Shown here: positions 44,089-53,458 of the stretch, one piece after another
Position numbering within the stretch: the stretch's first letter is position 1
How the letters are laid out: every line of letters starts with the position of its first letter
Assembly (NCBI GenBank): GCA_030680175.1
Contig: JAUXWO010000049.1
Location: 10,873-74,872, forward strand
Direction: 5' to 3'
DNA from: Vicinamibacterales bacterium
Lineage (GTDB): Bacteria; Acidobacteriota; Vicinamibacteria; Vicinamibacterales; UBA2999
DNA: 64,000 bases
Translations under genes and position numbers: made by a program
Notes under the pieces: model-generated
The model's input: only the letters and a program-made list of their open reading frames with translations
Databases searched by the model: none
What the model was told of the DNA's origin: nothing

Positions 44089-44594
44089 TGATGACGCCCC
44101 TGTTCCCCGTCCTGTTCGTGCTGATCACGGTGGCCGTCCCGCTGCCCGCCGAGGCCCAGGCCCAGCCGGCGGCACAACCGCCGGCGCCGGCCGCGCCGCC
44201 GGAGGCGGTGCCCGATCCGCAGGGGCCGCCCACGCCGCCGCCGAACTACACCTACGCGCCCGGAGGCCGCCGCGACCCGTTCGCCAGCCTCGTCAACCGC
44301 GGAATCGACGCGCGGGTCGGCACCGCGGGGCGGCGGCCTGACGGGGTGCCCGGCCTCGCCGTGAACGAGATCATCGTGCGGGGCATTCTCCAGACGCCGG
44401 GCGGGTATGTCGCCATGGTTCAGGCGCCCGATGGCCGGACGTACACCGTGCGGCCGGGCGATCAGTTGCTGGATGGGCGCGTGCGCACCATCACGGCCGA
44501 GGCGCTCATCATCATGCAGGAAGTCAACGATCCGTTGTCGCTCGAGAAGCAGCGCGAAGTGCGCAAGCCGTTGCGCGGTGGCGCAGAGGGGTAG
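44088..44594 (+). CDS. pilP: Type IV pilus assembly protein PilP-like
   Basis: Signal peptide, a Pro-rich linker, then RDPF... and LAVNEIIVRGILQTPGGYVAMVQAPDGRTYTVRPGDQLLDGRV. The start could be 44085, 44088 or 44091. Confidence 0.75.
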   Translation: MMTPLFPVLFVLITVAVPLPAEAQAQPAAQPPAPAAPPEAVPDPQGPPTPPPNYTYAPGGRRDPFASLVNRGIDARVGTAGRRPDGVPGLAVNEIIVRGILQTPGGYVAMVQAPDGRTYTVRPGDQLLDGRVRTITAEALIIMQEVNDPLSLEKQREVRKPLRGGAEG

Positions 44595-44596
44595 TG

Positions 44597-46840
44597 ATGC
44601 AGCGTCGAGTCGCTCAACTGATGTCGGCGGCCGCGATCGTGACCGCATTGGCGGTCACGCTCCCGGCGCACGGATCCGCCCGGGGCGGCGAGGGCGCCCT
44701 GCCGGCGCTGCGCGCCGTCTCGGCGCACCTGGATGGCACGACGAGCACCGTGCGCATCGAGTCGACGGAGCCGGTCTCGTATGTGACCAGCCGTCCGGAC
44801 CCGCTGACGCTCCTCGTGGATCTCCGTAACGTGTCGGTCCAGGGGGCAGCGGTCGGGCCGGTGTCCGGCGCGCGGGCGCCCGTCACCGCCGTGCACGTCG
44901 AGCCGGCGACGGCGGCGGACGGGACCACACTGGCGCGCGTGCGCGTGCACGTCTCGCCGCAGGCCCGGCACACGGTGCGCGCCTCGCGCAATCTGATCTA
45001 CGTCGAGGTCGAGCGGGGCGAGGCTCCGCCCGCCGTGGACGCGCTGGCGCCCGCACCGGCGGCGGTCTCGTCGGCCGCCAGCGCCCAGGGACGCAGCGCC
45101 ACGGAACTGCGCGAGGTGCGCGCCATGCGGCGCGGCAGCCAGCTGGCCGTGTCGCTGGTCGGCAACGGCCGTCTGATGGCCGCCACGGTCGAGGCCGCCC
45201 GCGATCTGCCGCCGCGTGTGCTGCTCGACTTCGAGGGCGTCAGCGGGACGGCGGTACCCCCGGTCACGACGGTGAACGACGGCGGTGTCAGCCGCGTGCG
45301 CGTGGGGCTCAACAGCCGTACGCCGCTCGTGACGCGCGTGGTGGTGGATCTGGTGGAGGCGATGCCGTACCAGGTCGAGTCCTCAGGCGCCAACGGTGAA
45401 GAGGTCGTGGTGCTCTTCGGCGAGGCGGCCACGCCGGCCGCGCCGCCCGAGCCGGTCGCCGCGGCCGTCGCGGTGACGCCGGCACCCGCGCCGATCGTGT
45501 TGCCGCCCACGCCGGCGGTCGAAGTGGTGTACGACCGCGTCGAGCCGCTCGCGGCCGCCGCACCCGTTCCTGCCCCGGCGCCCACCGTGGCGCCTGCGAT
45601 CACGCGCCTGCAGACGGCCGCGGCCACGCAGCCGCGTTTCACCGGGCACCCCATCACGCTCGACTTCCAGGGGGCGGATCTGCGCGCGGTGCTCCGCACC
45701 TTCGCCGAGATCAGCGGCCTGAACGTCGTCATCGACCCGACGATCGCGGGACAGGTGGACGTGGCGCTGCGCGACGTGCCCTGGGATCAGGCGCTCGACA
45801 TCATCCTGAAGGCCAACAAGCTCGGGTACGCCGTGGACGGCACCGTGGTGCGCATCGCGCCGCTCACTGTGCTGGCCGACGAGGAGGCCCAGCGGCGGAA
45901 GCTCACCGACGAGCAGGCGCTCTCGGGGGAACTCCAGGTGATGACCCGGGCGCTCAGCTACGCCCGGGCGCAGGAGATGACCACGCTGCTGACGCAGAGC
46001 GCGCTCTCGTCGCGCGGGCAGGTGCAGGTGGACGCCCGCACCAACACGCTCATCGTGCGCGACCTGCCCGATCGGCTCGAGGCGGCCGCGGCGCTCATCG
46101 CGACGCTCGACCGGCCGCAGCCGCAGGTGGAGATCGAGGCGCGCATCGTGCAGACGTCGCGTGACTTCGCGCGGGCGCTCGGCATTCAGTGGGGCGGCGC
46201 CGCCACCGCCAGTACGCGGTACGGGAACACCCTGCCATTGGCCTTCCCGAACAGCGCGACGCTGGATGGCGCGGTCGGCCTGGGGGTCCCGGCGCCGAAC
46301 ACGGGCCTCGGGGTCAGCCTCGGGTCGGTGAATGGGGCCGTGAACCTCGACGTCCAACTCTCGGCGCTTGAGCAGGCGGGCAACGCGCGCATCCTCTCCA
46401 CGCCCCGCGTGTCCACGCAGAACAACGTGCAGGCGGAGATCACCCAGGGCACGCAGATTCCCATCCAGACCGTGGCGAACAACACCGTCACCGTCACCTT
46501 CAAGGACGCCGCGCTCACGCTGCGCGTCACGCCGCAGATCACCGTGGCGCAGACGGTGATCATGCGCATCGAGCTCGAGAACGCCACGCCGGACTTCGGC
46601 CGTGCGGTCAACGGCATTCCCCCCATCGACACGCAGCGCGCCCTGACGAGCGTGCTGGTGGCGGACGGAGAGACCACCGTGATCGGCGGGATCTACGTCA
46701 GCGAGGAAACGGCCTCCCAGGGCCGGACGCCGTTCATGAGCCGGGTGCCGCTGCTCGGATGGCTGTTCAAGAACCAGGACGTGCGGGAGCGGAACACCGA
46801 GCTGCTCATCTTCATCACGCCGCGGATTACGCAGGGGTAG
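44597..46840 (+). CDS. pilQ: Type IV pilus secretin PilQ with two AMIN-like domains
   Basis: AMIN-like segments: VRIESTEPVSYVTSRPDPLTLLVDLRNV and a second copy, LAVSLVGNGR...RVLLDFEGV. Then ITLDFQGADLRAVLRTFAEISGLNVVID, and the secretin core PRVSTQNNVQAEITQG...GGIYVSEE...VPLLGWLFK...LLIFITPRI. Confidence 0.9.
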   Translation: MQRRVAQLMSAAAIVTALAVTLPAHGSARGGEGALPALRAVSAHLDGTTSTVRIESTEPVSYVTSRPDPLTLLVDLRNVSVQGAAVGPVSGARAPVTAVHVEPATAADGTTLARVRVHVSPQARHTVRASRNLIYVEVERGEAPPAVDALAPAPAAVSSAASAQGRSATELREVRAMRRGSQLAVSLVGNGRLMAATVEAARDLPPRVLLDFEGVSGTAVPPVTTVNDGGVSRVRVGLNSRTPLVTRVVVDLVEAMPYQVESSGANGEEVVVLFGEAATPAAPPEPVAAAVAVTPAPAPIVLPPTPAVEVVYDRVEPLAAAAPVPAPAPTVAPAITRLQTAAATQPRFTGHPITLDFQGADLRAVLRTFAEISGLNVVIDPTIAGQVDVALRDVPWDQALDIILKANKLGYAVDGTVVRIAPLTVLADEEAQRRKLTDEQALSGELQVMTRALSYARAQEMTTLLTQSALSSRGQVQVDARTNTLIVRDLPDRLEAAAALIATLDRPQPQVEIEARIVQTSRDFARALGIQWGGAATASTRYGNTLPLAFPNSATLDGAVGLGVPAPNTGLGVSLGSVNGAVNLDVQLSALEQAGNARILSTPRVSTQNNVQAEITQGTQIPIQTVANNTVTVTFKDAALTLRVTPQITVAQTVIMRIELENATPDFGRAVNGIPPIDTQRALTSVLVADGETTVIGGIYVSEETASQGRTPFMSRVPLLGWLFKNQDVRERNTELLIFITPRITQG

Positions 46841-46870
46841 GCCTCAGTGGCTCAGCAGGGAGTGCAGATC

Positions 46871-47518
46871 GTGACACGCGCATCCATCGGCAGACTGGTC
46901 CCCGTCCTCGCGCTCGCTGCGGCCCTCATGGGGACGGCCGGCTGCGGGGAACTGGCCCGCACGGGCCGCGCGCCGGCGTTCCTGATCATGGAGCGCCTGC
47001 AGGCCCGCTCCGGCTCGACCGGCGAGATCGCCGACTCGCTCAGCTCGGACGTGCAGACCATCGTCGAGCAGCAGATCGGCGGCCAGACCGTTCGCGTGCC
47101 GACCGTTTTCGCCGATAGCGGCACGGCGTCCATCCGCCTGGGCCTCAAGGACCCGGGCACGGTGGCTGCGCCGACGACGCCGTCGCCGCTCGCGCAGGTC
47201 ACGATCTACCGCTACCGGGTGACCTTCGTCCGGTCGGACGGCCGGAACACGCCGGGCGTCGACGTGCCGTACGGGATGGATGGCGCCGTGACGGCGACGA
47301 TCTCCGGGACGACCGCGGCGACGACGGTCTCGTTTCCCCTCGTCACGCACGCCATGAAGTTCGAGCCGCCGCTGCGGCAGCTGATTGGCCTCGGCGGACA
47401 GGCGTTCATCCACACGCTGGCCGAGATCACGTTCTATGGACGCGATCAGGCGGGCAACGAAGTCTCCGTCAACGGGTTCATGACCGTGAACTTCGGCGAC
47501 TTCGCGGATCCGGACTAA
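46871..47518 (+). CDS. Putative lipoprotein of unknown function immediately downstream of pilQ
   Basis: A signal peptide with Cys (VPVLALAAALMGTAGC). AGGGAG lies 8 nt upstream of the GTG at 46871, with an alternative GTG at 46847. GC3 is coding-like. I do not recognise a family. Confidence 0.55.
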   Translation: MTRASIGRLVPVLALAAALMGTAGCGELARTGRAPAFLIMERLQARSGSTGEIADSLSSDVQTIVEQQIGGQTVRVPTVFADSGTASIRLGLKDPGTVAAPTTPSPLAQVTIYRYRVTFVRSDGRNTPGVDVPYGMDGAVTATISGTTAATTVSFPLVTHAMKFEPPLRQLIGLGGQAFIHTLAEITFYGRDQAGNEVSVNGFMTVNFGDFADPD

Positions 47519-47609
47519 CGGAGTGTCGTTGACGGCCCGCAGCATCGCGGTCGAGCAGAGGCGCGGGCCGCGTCTCTGCAGTGGATACACATCACGAGTA
47601 GGACAGGCA

Positions 47610-48638
47610 ATGCGGCTGGAGTCTTCCATGGGTCGAACCCTTCGTACTCTTACGGCGCTCGCGGGCGTGGTGCTCACCGGCGCGATCGGATGCACCGTCC
47701 AGGACACGACGGCGCCGGCACTGACGGGGCCCTCGGGGCTGTCGGTCTCGCTCAGCCTGCAGGCCGACAAGCCGATCCTCGAGCGCGGCGGATTCACCAC
47801 CGTGCGCGTACGGGCCGTGAACCACCAGAACCAGCCGATGGCCATGGCGCTGCGTGCCGAATTGCGTGCGCAGGGGCTGCTGTTCGATTACGGCCGGCTG
47901 TCGACGCGCGACCTCGTGACGGGCAGCGACGGCACGGCCACCGTCACCTACTTCGCCCCGGCGCCCCTCGTGCAGCCGAGGGACTCGGGCGAGGACGTGG
48001 TGACGATCGTCGTGACGCCGATGGTCACGGGCGACAGCCGCGGGCTCGTCAGCCGTGAACTCGACATCCGGCTCGTGCCGCAGGGCGTGATCATCCCGAA
48101 CTTCCCGCTGGTGCCGCAGTTCACGATTTCGAACACGTCCCCGCAGGCCTTCACCCCGGTGGTCTTCAACGCCACGACCAGCACCCGCAATGGCGCACAG
48201 TGCCTGGACAACTGCGGCTACATGTGGACCTTTGGGGACGGCTCGTCAGCCTCTGGCCGCATCGTGGAGAAGACCTACACGGCTCAGGGGCAGTACCTGG
48301 TCTACCTGCGGATCAACGATGAATATGGCCACCAGGACTCGGCGCCCCAAACGGTGACAGTCGGGGCGAGTACCGCAATCACCGGGCAGCTCACTGTGTC
48401 GCCAACGCCTGTCCGCTTGAACATCGCCAGCCAGATCAGTGCGCTCGGTATCAGTGGCCCCTCTCCGATTGTGGAGTACAGGTTCTCGTTCGGGGACGCC
48501 TCACCGGACCAAGTCGGGACGTCCGCCACCGCGACCCATGCCTACTCTGCCGTGGGGACATACACGGTGCGCGTCACCGTGCGGGACGCAGTCGGGCGCA
48601 CCGCGACGTTCACTCTATCGGTGAGTGTTACCGCTTAG
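47610..48638 (+). CDS. Putative lipoprotein with an Ig-like region and two PKD-like domains
   Basis: The signal peptide ends ...GVVLTGAIGC. PKD-like signatures: YMWTFGDGSSASG...YTAQGQYLVYLRINDEYG and YRFSFGDASP...HAYSAVGTYTVRVTVRDAVG. Confidence 0.65.
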   Translation: MRLESSMGRTLRTLTALAGVVLTGAIGCTVQDTTAPALTGPSGLSVSLSLQADKPILERGGFTTVRVRAVNHQNQPMAMALRAELRAQGLLFDYGRLSTRDLVTGSDGTATVTYFAPAPLVQPRDSGEDVVTIVVTPMVTGDSRGLVSRELDIRLVPQGVIIPNFPLVPQFTISNTSPQAFTPVVFNATTSTRNGAQCLDNCGYMWTFGDGSSASGRIVEKTYTAQGQYLVYLRINDEYGHQDSAPQTVTVGASTAITGQLTVSPTPVRLNIASQISALGISGPSPIVEYRFSFGDASPDQVGTSATATHAYSAVGTYTVRVTVRDAVGRTATFTLSVSVTA

Positions 48639-48666
48639 GCGCAGGAGTACGGATACACTACCCACA

Positions 48667-49749
48667 GTGCCGCTCGATAACCCACGCATCGAGGAGCTGC
48701 GGCGCCGGGTCCAGGCGGACCCCGCGTCGATCGCCTTCGCGCAGCTCGCCGAGGAGTATCGCCGCGCCGGCAATTACGACGAAGCCGTGCGCGCCTGCCG
48801 CCTCGGCCTGGCGCGCCATCCCGGCTATCTGTCCGCCCGCGTCACGCTCGGCCGGGCTCTGCTCGAACTCGAATCGCTCGACGAGGCGCAGCAGGAGCTC
48901 GAGTTCGTGCTGCGGGCCGCGCCCGAGAACCTCGCGGCCATCCGCGGCATGGCCGAGATCCATCATCGTCGCGGCCACATGGCGGAGGCGCTCGAGTACT
49001 ACCAGCGCGCATTGGGCTTCGCCCGCCATGACCCGACGCTCGAGGAAACCGTCGAGCAGATCGCGCGGGAACTCGGGGGCGGTCCTCCCGACGTGGCCGA
49101 GGGGTTGTCGTTCGAGGAGGCGCAGGCGCAGTTGATCTCGGCGATCGAGGGCGCCCCCGCGGGGCCGGTCGCGCCCGTGTCCCCTCCGCCGATCCCCCAG
49201 GCCGCGCCGCCCGAATCGGCCGCCGTCCCGCCCATCCCGGCAGCGGCCGCGCCCGACGCGCTCCCCATCGAGACGCCAGAGCCGGCGACGTCGGTCTACT
49301 CCGCGGCCCCGGTTGAGATTGCGTCGAACCACCCGCCCGCGGCTCCATCCCCGGAGCCGCAGGAGGGCGGGGAAGACCCGTTCGACTTCGAGGCCCTGCT
49401 CGGCGCGCTGGGCGAGGCCCCGGATCGCGCCGCTCCGAGCCCGATCGAGGCGCTGCTGGCATCGCCACCATCGGGGGACGCCGAGACGCCAGCAGAGGCG
49501 CTGGCGCCTGCCGCCGAAGCCCTGGCGCCGACGGCCGACGTGCCGCCGGCAGAGATCCCCGCGCCGGACGATGACCCCCTGGCCGCGCTCGAGGCCTCGC
49601 TGCGCACCCACGTGCCCACCCCCATGCAGACGCCGGCTCCGGCGCCTGAGGCCGAGCTCTCTCCTTTGCAGCAGGCGATTGTCGACGACCTCGAGGCGTG
49701 GCTGGATGAACTGGTCGTCGAGCGGGGCGGTCCCACCGACAGGTCCTGA
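48667..49749 (+). CDS. TPR protein with a long Pro/Ala/Glu-rich C-terminal region
   Basis: The GTG at 48667 begins after the PKD gene. TPR: FAQLAEEYRRAGNYDEAVRACRLGLARHPGYLSARVTLGRALLELESLDEAQQELEFVL...ALEYYQRAL. About 230 aa of low-complexity PA-rich sequence follow. Confidence 0.6.
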   Translation: MPLDNPRIEELRRRVQADPASIAFAQLAEEYRRAGNYDEAVRACRLGLARHPGYLSARVTLGRALLELESLDEAQQELEFVLRAAPENLAAIRGMAEIHHRRGHMAEALEYYQRALGFARHDPTLEETVEQIARELGGGPPDVAEGLSFEEAQAQLISAIEGAPAGPVAPVSPPPIPQAAPPESAAVPPIPAAAAPDALPIETPEPATSVYSAAPVEIASNHPPAAPSPEPQEGGEDPFDFEALLGALGEAPDRAAPSPIEALLASPPSGDAETPAEALAPAAEALAPTADVPPAEIPAPDDDPLAALEASLRTHVPTPMQTPAPAPEAELSPLQQAIVDDLEAWLDELVVERGGPTDRS

Positions 49750-49750
49750 C

Positions 49751-50863
49751 ATGGACGCGCCCGGCGCCGACATCTTCCAGGCGCGTCACGAACGCCTGCG
49801 TGAGTCTCTCGCGGCCGCCGGCCTCGACGGGCTCGTCATCACCAGCCTCCCCAACATCACCTATCTGACCGGGCTGACCGCCTCGGCGGCCGAGGCCGTC
49901 GTGACGGCGCGCGGTGTCTGGCTGGTGACGGATGGGCGCTACGCCCTTCCGCTCCAGGCGACCGCGGAAGCCCTGCCCGGGCTCGTCGCGCGTGAGGTGC
50001 AGCCGGGCCGATCCCACGACGAGACCCTCGCGGTCGTGATCGCGGAGAGCGGCGCCGGGCGGCTGGGCTTCGAAGGGGGCCACATCAGCGTCCGGCGCTT
50101 CCGCGGATTGGAGGCTGCGGCGGGGGCCGGCGTCAGCTGGGTCGAGACCTTCGAGATGGTCGAGCTGCTGCGGGCGGTCAAGGACGCCTGGGAAGTGACG
50201 GCCCTTCGCGAGGGCGGGGCGAGACTTTCCGAGGCGGCTAAGTGTATACTCTCAAATGCCTTAGCTGGCCTGACCGAGCGGGAAGTCGCCCGCCGAATCG
50301 AGGCGGAACTCGTGAGGGTCGGCTTCTCGAGGCTGGCCTTTGATACCATCGTCGCCGCTGGTCCGAACGCGGCGTTGCCGCACTACCGTGCGGGAATGCG
50401 GACGTTGGCCACCGGAGATATAGTGGTGCTCGACTTCGGGGGCGTCTGGAAGGGCTACGCGGTGGACCTGTCCCGGACGCTGGTGCTGGGCCCGTCGAAC
50501 GCCGAACAGCGGCGGTGGCTCGACGCCGTGGCCGGAGCGCAGGATGCGGCGATAGCAGCGGTGCGACCGGGCGCGGCGCCGGAGTCGGTGGACGCGGCCG
50601 CCAGGGACCACCTGGAGAAGGCCGGCCTGGGCCGCTACTTCACGCACAGCACCGGGCACGGGTTGGGGTTGGAAGTACACGAACTGCCTCGCGTGGGACG
50701 CTGGAGGCCGGGCGTGACCGAGCCGCCGCTGGCGGCCGGGATGGTGTTGACCGTCGAGCCTGGCGTCTATGTGGCCGGCGAGGGCGGCGTTCGTATCGAA
50801 GATGACGTGCTGGTGACGCCCGGGGGCAGGGAACTGCTGACCGACGTGCCCCGCATGATGTGA
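49751..50863 (+). CDS. M24-family Xaa-Pro aminopeptidase/dipeptidase
   Basis: N-terminal creatinase-like domain. Metal ligands in VLDFGGVWKGYAVDLSRT, HSTGHGLGLEVHE, LTVEPGVY, VRIEDDVLV. Confidence 0.85.
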   Translation: MDAPGADIFQARHERLRESLAAAGLDGLVITSLPNITYLTGLTASAAEAVVTARGVWLVTDGRYALPLQATAEALPGLVAREVQPGRSHDETLAVVIAESGAGRLGFEGGHISVRRFRGLEAAAGAGVSWVETFEMVELLRAVKDAWEVTALREGGARLSEAAKCILSNALAGLTEREVARRIEAELVRVGFSRLAFDTIVAAGPNAALPHYRAGMRTLATGDIVVLDFGGVWKGYAVDLSRTLVLGPSNAEQRRWLDAVAGAQDAAIAAVRPGAAPESVDAAARDHLEKAGLGRYFTHSTGHGLGLEVHELPRVGRWRPGVTEPPLAAGMVLTVEPGVYVAGEGGVRIEDDVLVTPGGRELLTDVPRMM

Positions 50864-50868
50864 GGCCC

Positions 50869-51333
50869 ATGACGCTAGACGACATCAAGCATCTGATCGA
50901 GCTGATTCGCGAGCACGATCTCAGCGAGTTCGAACTGGAGCAGGAAGGCTTCCGGCTGCGCATCCGCAAGGGCGGCGAGACGGTGACCGTCCAGGCGGCG
51001 CCGGTGGCCGCCCCGGTGGTCCAGGCGCCCGCCGCGCCGGCGCCCACGGCCGCGGCGCCCCTCGCGCCCACCGACGATGAAGGGGGCGACCTGGCGATTG
51101 TGAAGTCGCCCATCGTCGGCACGTTCTACCGCGCCGCCGAACCGGGCGCGCCGGCGTTCGTGGACGTCGGGTCGCCGGTGCGCAAGGGCGACGTGCTGTG
51201 CATCATCGAAGCGATGAAGTTGATGAACGAAATCGACTCCGAGCACGACGGCGAGATCGCCAGCGTCTACGTGGAGAACGGGCAGTCCGTTCAGTACGGG
51301 GAACGGCTGTTCGCGATTCGCCTGAAGCGATAG
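50869..51333 (+). CDS. accB: Biotin carboxyl carrier protein of acetyl-CoA carboxylase
   Basis: Ala/Pro linker, then IVKSPIVGTFY..., and the biotinylation motif CIIEAMKLMNEI. A GTG at 50860 is an alternative start. Confidence 0.9.
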   Translation: MTLDDIKHLIELIREHDLSEFELEQEGFRLRIRKGGETVTVQAAPVAAPVVQAPAAPAPTAAAPLAPTDDEGGDLAIVKSPIVGTFYRAAEPGAPAFVDVGSPVRKGDVLCIIEAMKLMNEIDSEHDGEIASVYVENGQSVQYGERLFAIRLKR

Positions 51334-51357
51334 CGCCCTGCCGGGGCGCCGGTGCCT

Positions 51358-52728
51358 ATGTTCAAGAAGATCCTCGTTGCCAACCGCGGCGAAATCGCGC
51401 TGCGTGTCATCTTTGCGTGCCGTGAGCTCGGCATCAAGACGGTCGCCGTCTACTCCGAAGCGGACGAGAACTCGTTGCACGTCCGCTTCGCGGACGAGGA
51501 CGTCTGCATCGGGCCGGCCCGCAGCGCCGAGAGCTACCTGAGCGTCCCGGCCATCATCAGCGCGGCCGAGATCACCGGGGCGGACGCCATCCATCCCGGC
51601 TACGGCTTCCTCTCGGAGTCCGCCTACCTCGCGGAGGTCTGCGAGGCGTGCCACATCCGCTTCATCGGCCCCGATCCGAGCGTCATTCGCCTGCTCGGCG
51701 ACAAGGCCAAGGCGCGGCGGGCCATGAAGAAGGCCGGTGTGCCGATGCTGCCCGGCAGCGACGGGCCGATCGACGGGGACGAGAAGGCCATCAAGATCGC
51801 CCGCGACATCGGCTACCCGGTCATCATCAAGGCCGTCGCCGGCGGCGGCGGCCGGGGCATGCGGATCGTGAAGGACCCCGGGGAACTCCAGCACGCCTTC
51901 CGGACCGCGCAGCGCGAGGCGGAGGCGGCGTTCGGCGTCGGCGACGTCTACATCGAGAAGTACCTCGAGTCGCCGCGCCATATCGAGTTCCAGATTCTGG
52001 GCGACCATCACGGCAACGTCGTGCACCTCGGCGAACGCGAGTGCTCCATCCAGCGGCGGCACCAGAAGCTGCTCGAGGAGTCGCCGTCGCCGGTCGTGTC
52101 CGAGAAGGTCCGCCGCCGGATGGGCAGCCTCGTCGTCGACGCCGCGCGCGCCGTGCAGTACACCAACGCGGGGACGTTCGAGTTCCTGATGGACGGCGAG
52201 GGCAAGTTCTACTTCATGGAAGTGAACACCCGCGTGCAGGTCGAACACCCCGTGACCGAATACGTCACCGGCCTCGACATCGTGAAGGAGCAGATCCGCA
52301 TTGCGGCGGGGGAGCGGCTGTCGTTCAAGCAGAGCGAGGTGACCTTCACCGGCCACGCCCTCGAGTGCCGCGTGAACGCCGAGGACCCGGTCACGTTCGT
52401 GCCGTCCCCGGGGCTGATCCACGCCTTCAGCGTGCCGGGCGGCCCCGGCGTGCGCGTCGATACGGCCGCGCACTCCGACTGCACGATCTCGCCCTACTAC
52501 GACTCGATGATCGCCAAGATCATCGTCCATGGGCGCGACCGGCAGGAAGCCATCGCGCGCATGCGCCGGACGCTCGAGATGACGGTCGTCGAGGGCATCA
52601 AGACGACCATCCCGCTGCATCTCAAGATCCTGAACGACCCCGACTTCATCGCCGGCAGGATGAGCACCCACTTCATGGAGCGCTTCCAGCCGGCGCCGAA
52701 GAAGTCCTCGCTCGCCGAGACGGCGTAG
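51358..52728 (+). CDS. accC: Acetyl-CoA carboxylase biotin carboxylase subunit
   Basis: [26 protein letters not shown]..., [34 protein letters not shown]. Confidence 0.95.
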   Translation: MFKKILVANRGEIALRVIFACRELGIKTVAVYSEADENSLHVRFADEDVCIGPARSAESYLSVPAIISAAEITGADAIHPGYGFLSESAYLAEVCEACHIRFIGPDPSVIRLLGDKAKARRAMKKAGVPMLPGSDGPIDGDEKAIKIARDIGYPVIIKAVAGGGGRGMRIVKDPGELQHAFRTAQREAEAAFGVGDVYIEKYLESPRHIEFQILGDHHGNVVHLGERECSIQRRHQKLLEESPSPVVSEKVRRRMGSLVVDAARAVQYTNAGTFEFLMDGEGKFYFMEVNTRVQVEHPVTEYVTGLDIVKEQIRIAAGERLSFKQSEVTFTGHALECRVNAEDPVTFVPSPGLIHAFSVPGGPGVRVDTAAHSDCTISPYYDSMIAKIIVHGRDRQEAIARMRRTLEMTVVEGIKTTIPLHLKILNDPDFIAGRMSTHFMERFQPAPKKSSLAETA

Positions 52729-52738
52729 GCCGCCGCCC

Positions 52739-53371
52739 GTGGTCCTGCCGCGCCTTTACGCCATCGTGGACGTGGAGGCGTGCGCCCGGGCGGCGCTCGC
52801 CCCCCACGACACCGCCCGGCGCTTCCTCGACGCGGGCGTCCAGCTGCTGCAGCTGCGCGCCAAGACCCTCGAGGGCGGGGCCTTCCTGGACCTGGCCCGG
52901 CGGATTCAGGCCGACGTCGCGCAGGCGTCCGCGATGCTGATCATCAACGACCGCGCCGACATCGCCGCGCTGGCGGGGGCCGCCGGGGTGCACGTGGGGC
53001 AGGACGACCTGTCGGCGGCCGACGCGCGCGCGGTGATCGGCCCGCACGCGCTCGTGGGCGTGTCGACCCACACGGACGTGCAGGTCGCGGCGGCGCTCGA
53101 GAGCCGGCTGTCCTACCTCGCCGTCGGCCCGACATTCGGGACCGCCACCAAGAACACCGGGTACTCGGCCGTGGGACTGACGATGGTGGCGAAGGCGGCC
53201 GCGCAGGCGGCGCCGCATGGGGTGCCCGTGGTGGCGATTGGGGGCATCACGCTCGAGACGGCCGCGTCGGTCATCGAGGCCGGGGCCGCGTCGGTGGCGG
53301 TGATCAGCGACCTCCTCGACGGCGGGGATCCCGTCCGCCGCGCGAAGGCGTTCCTCTCGGCGCTCCGCTGA
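52739..53371 (+). CDS. thiE: Thiamine-phosphate synthase
   Basis: LYAIVD..., LLQLRAK, LIINDRADIAALAGAAGVHVGQDD, VGVSTH, YLAVGPTFGTATK, VVAIGGI. Confidence 0.85.
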   Translation: MVLPRLYAIVDVEACARAALAPHDTARRFLDAGVQLLQLRAKTLEGGAFLDLARRIQADVAQASAMLIINDRADIAALAGAAGVHVGQDDLSAADARAVIGPHALVGVSTHTDVQVAAALESRLSYLAVGPTFGTATKNTGYSAVGLTMVAKAAAQAAPHGVPVVAIGGITLETAASVIEAGAASVAVISDLLDGGDPVRRAKAFLSALR

Positions 53372-53381
53372 TCACGTGCAA

Positions 53382-53442
53382 ACACGAAGGCCACGTCCGC
53401 CTCTGCGGCCGGAGGCCGCTACGGCGGACGTGGCCTTCGTGT
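53382..53442. terminator. Bidirectional hairpin between the convergent thiE and symporter genes
   Basis: A 20-bp perfect stem pairs ACACGAAGGCCACGTCCGCC (53382-53401) with GGCGGACGTGGCCTTCGTGT (53423-53442). An inner GCGGCC/GGCCGC hairpin is present. T tracts are poor. Confidence 0.6.
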
Positions 53443-53458
53443 CTTGTACGTCCGTCGC

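Noticed and set aside
52729-52738. TPP riboswitch upstream of thiE, and FMN riboswitch upstream of the rib genes
   Set aside because: The spacers are only about 10 nt (accC-thiE) and 0-37 nt (rib genes). These are too short for either element.
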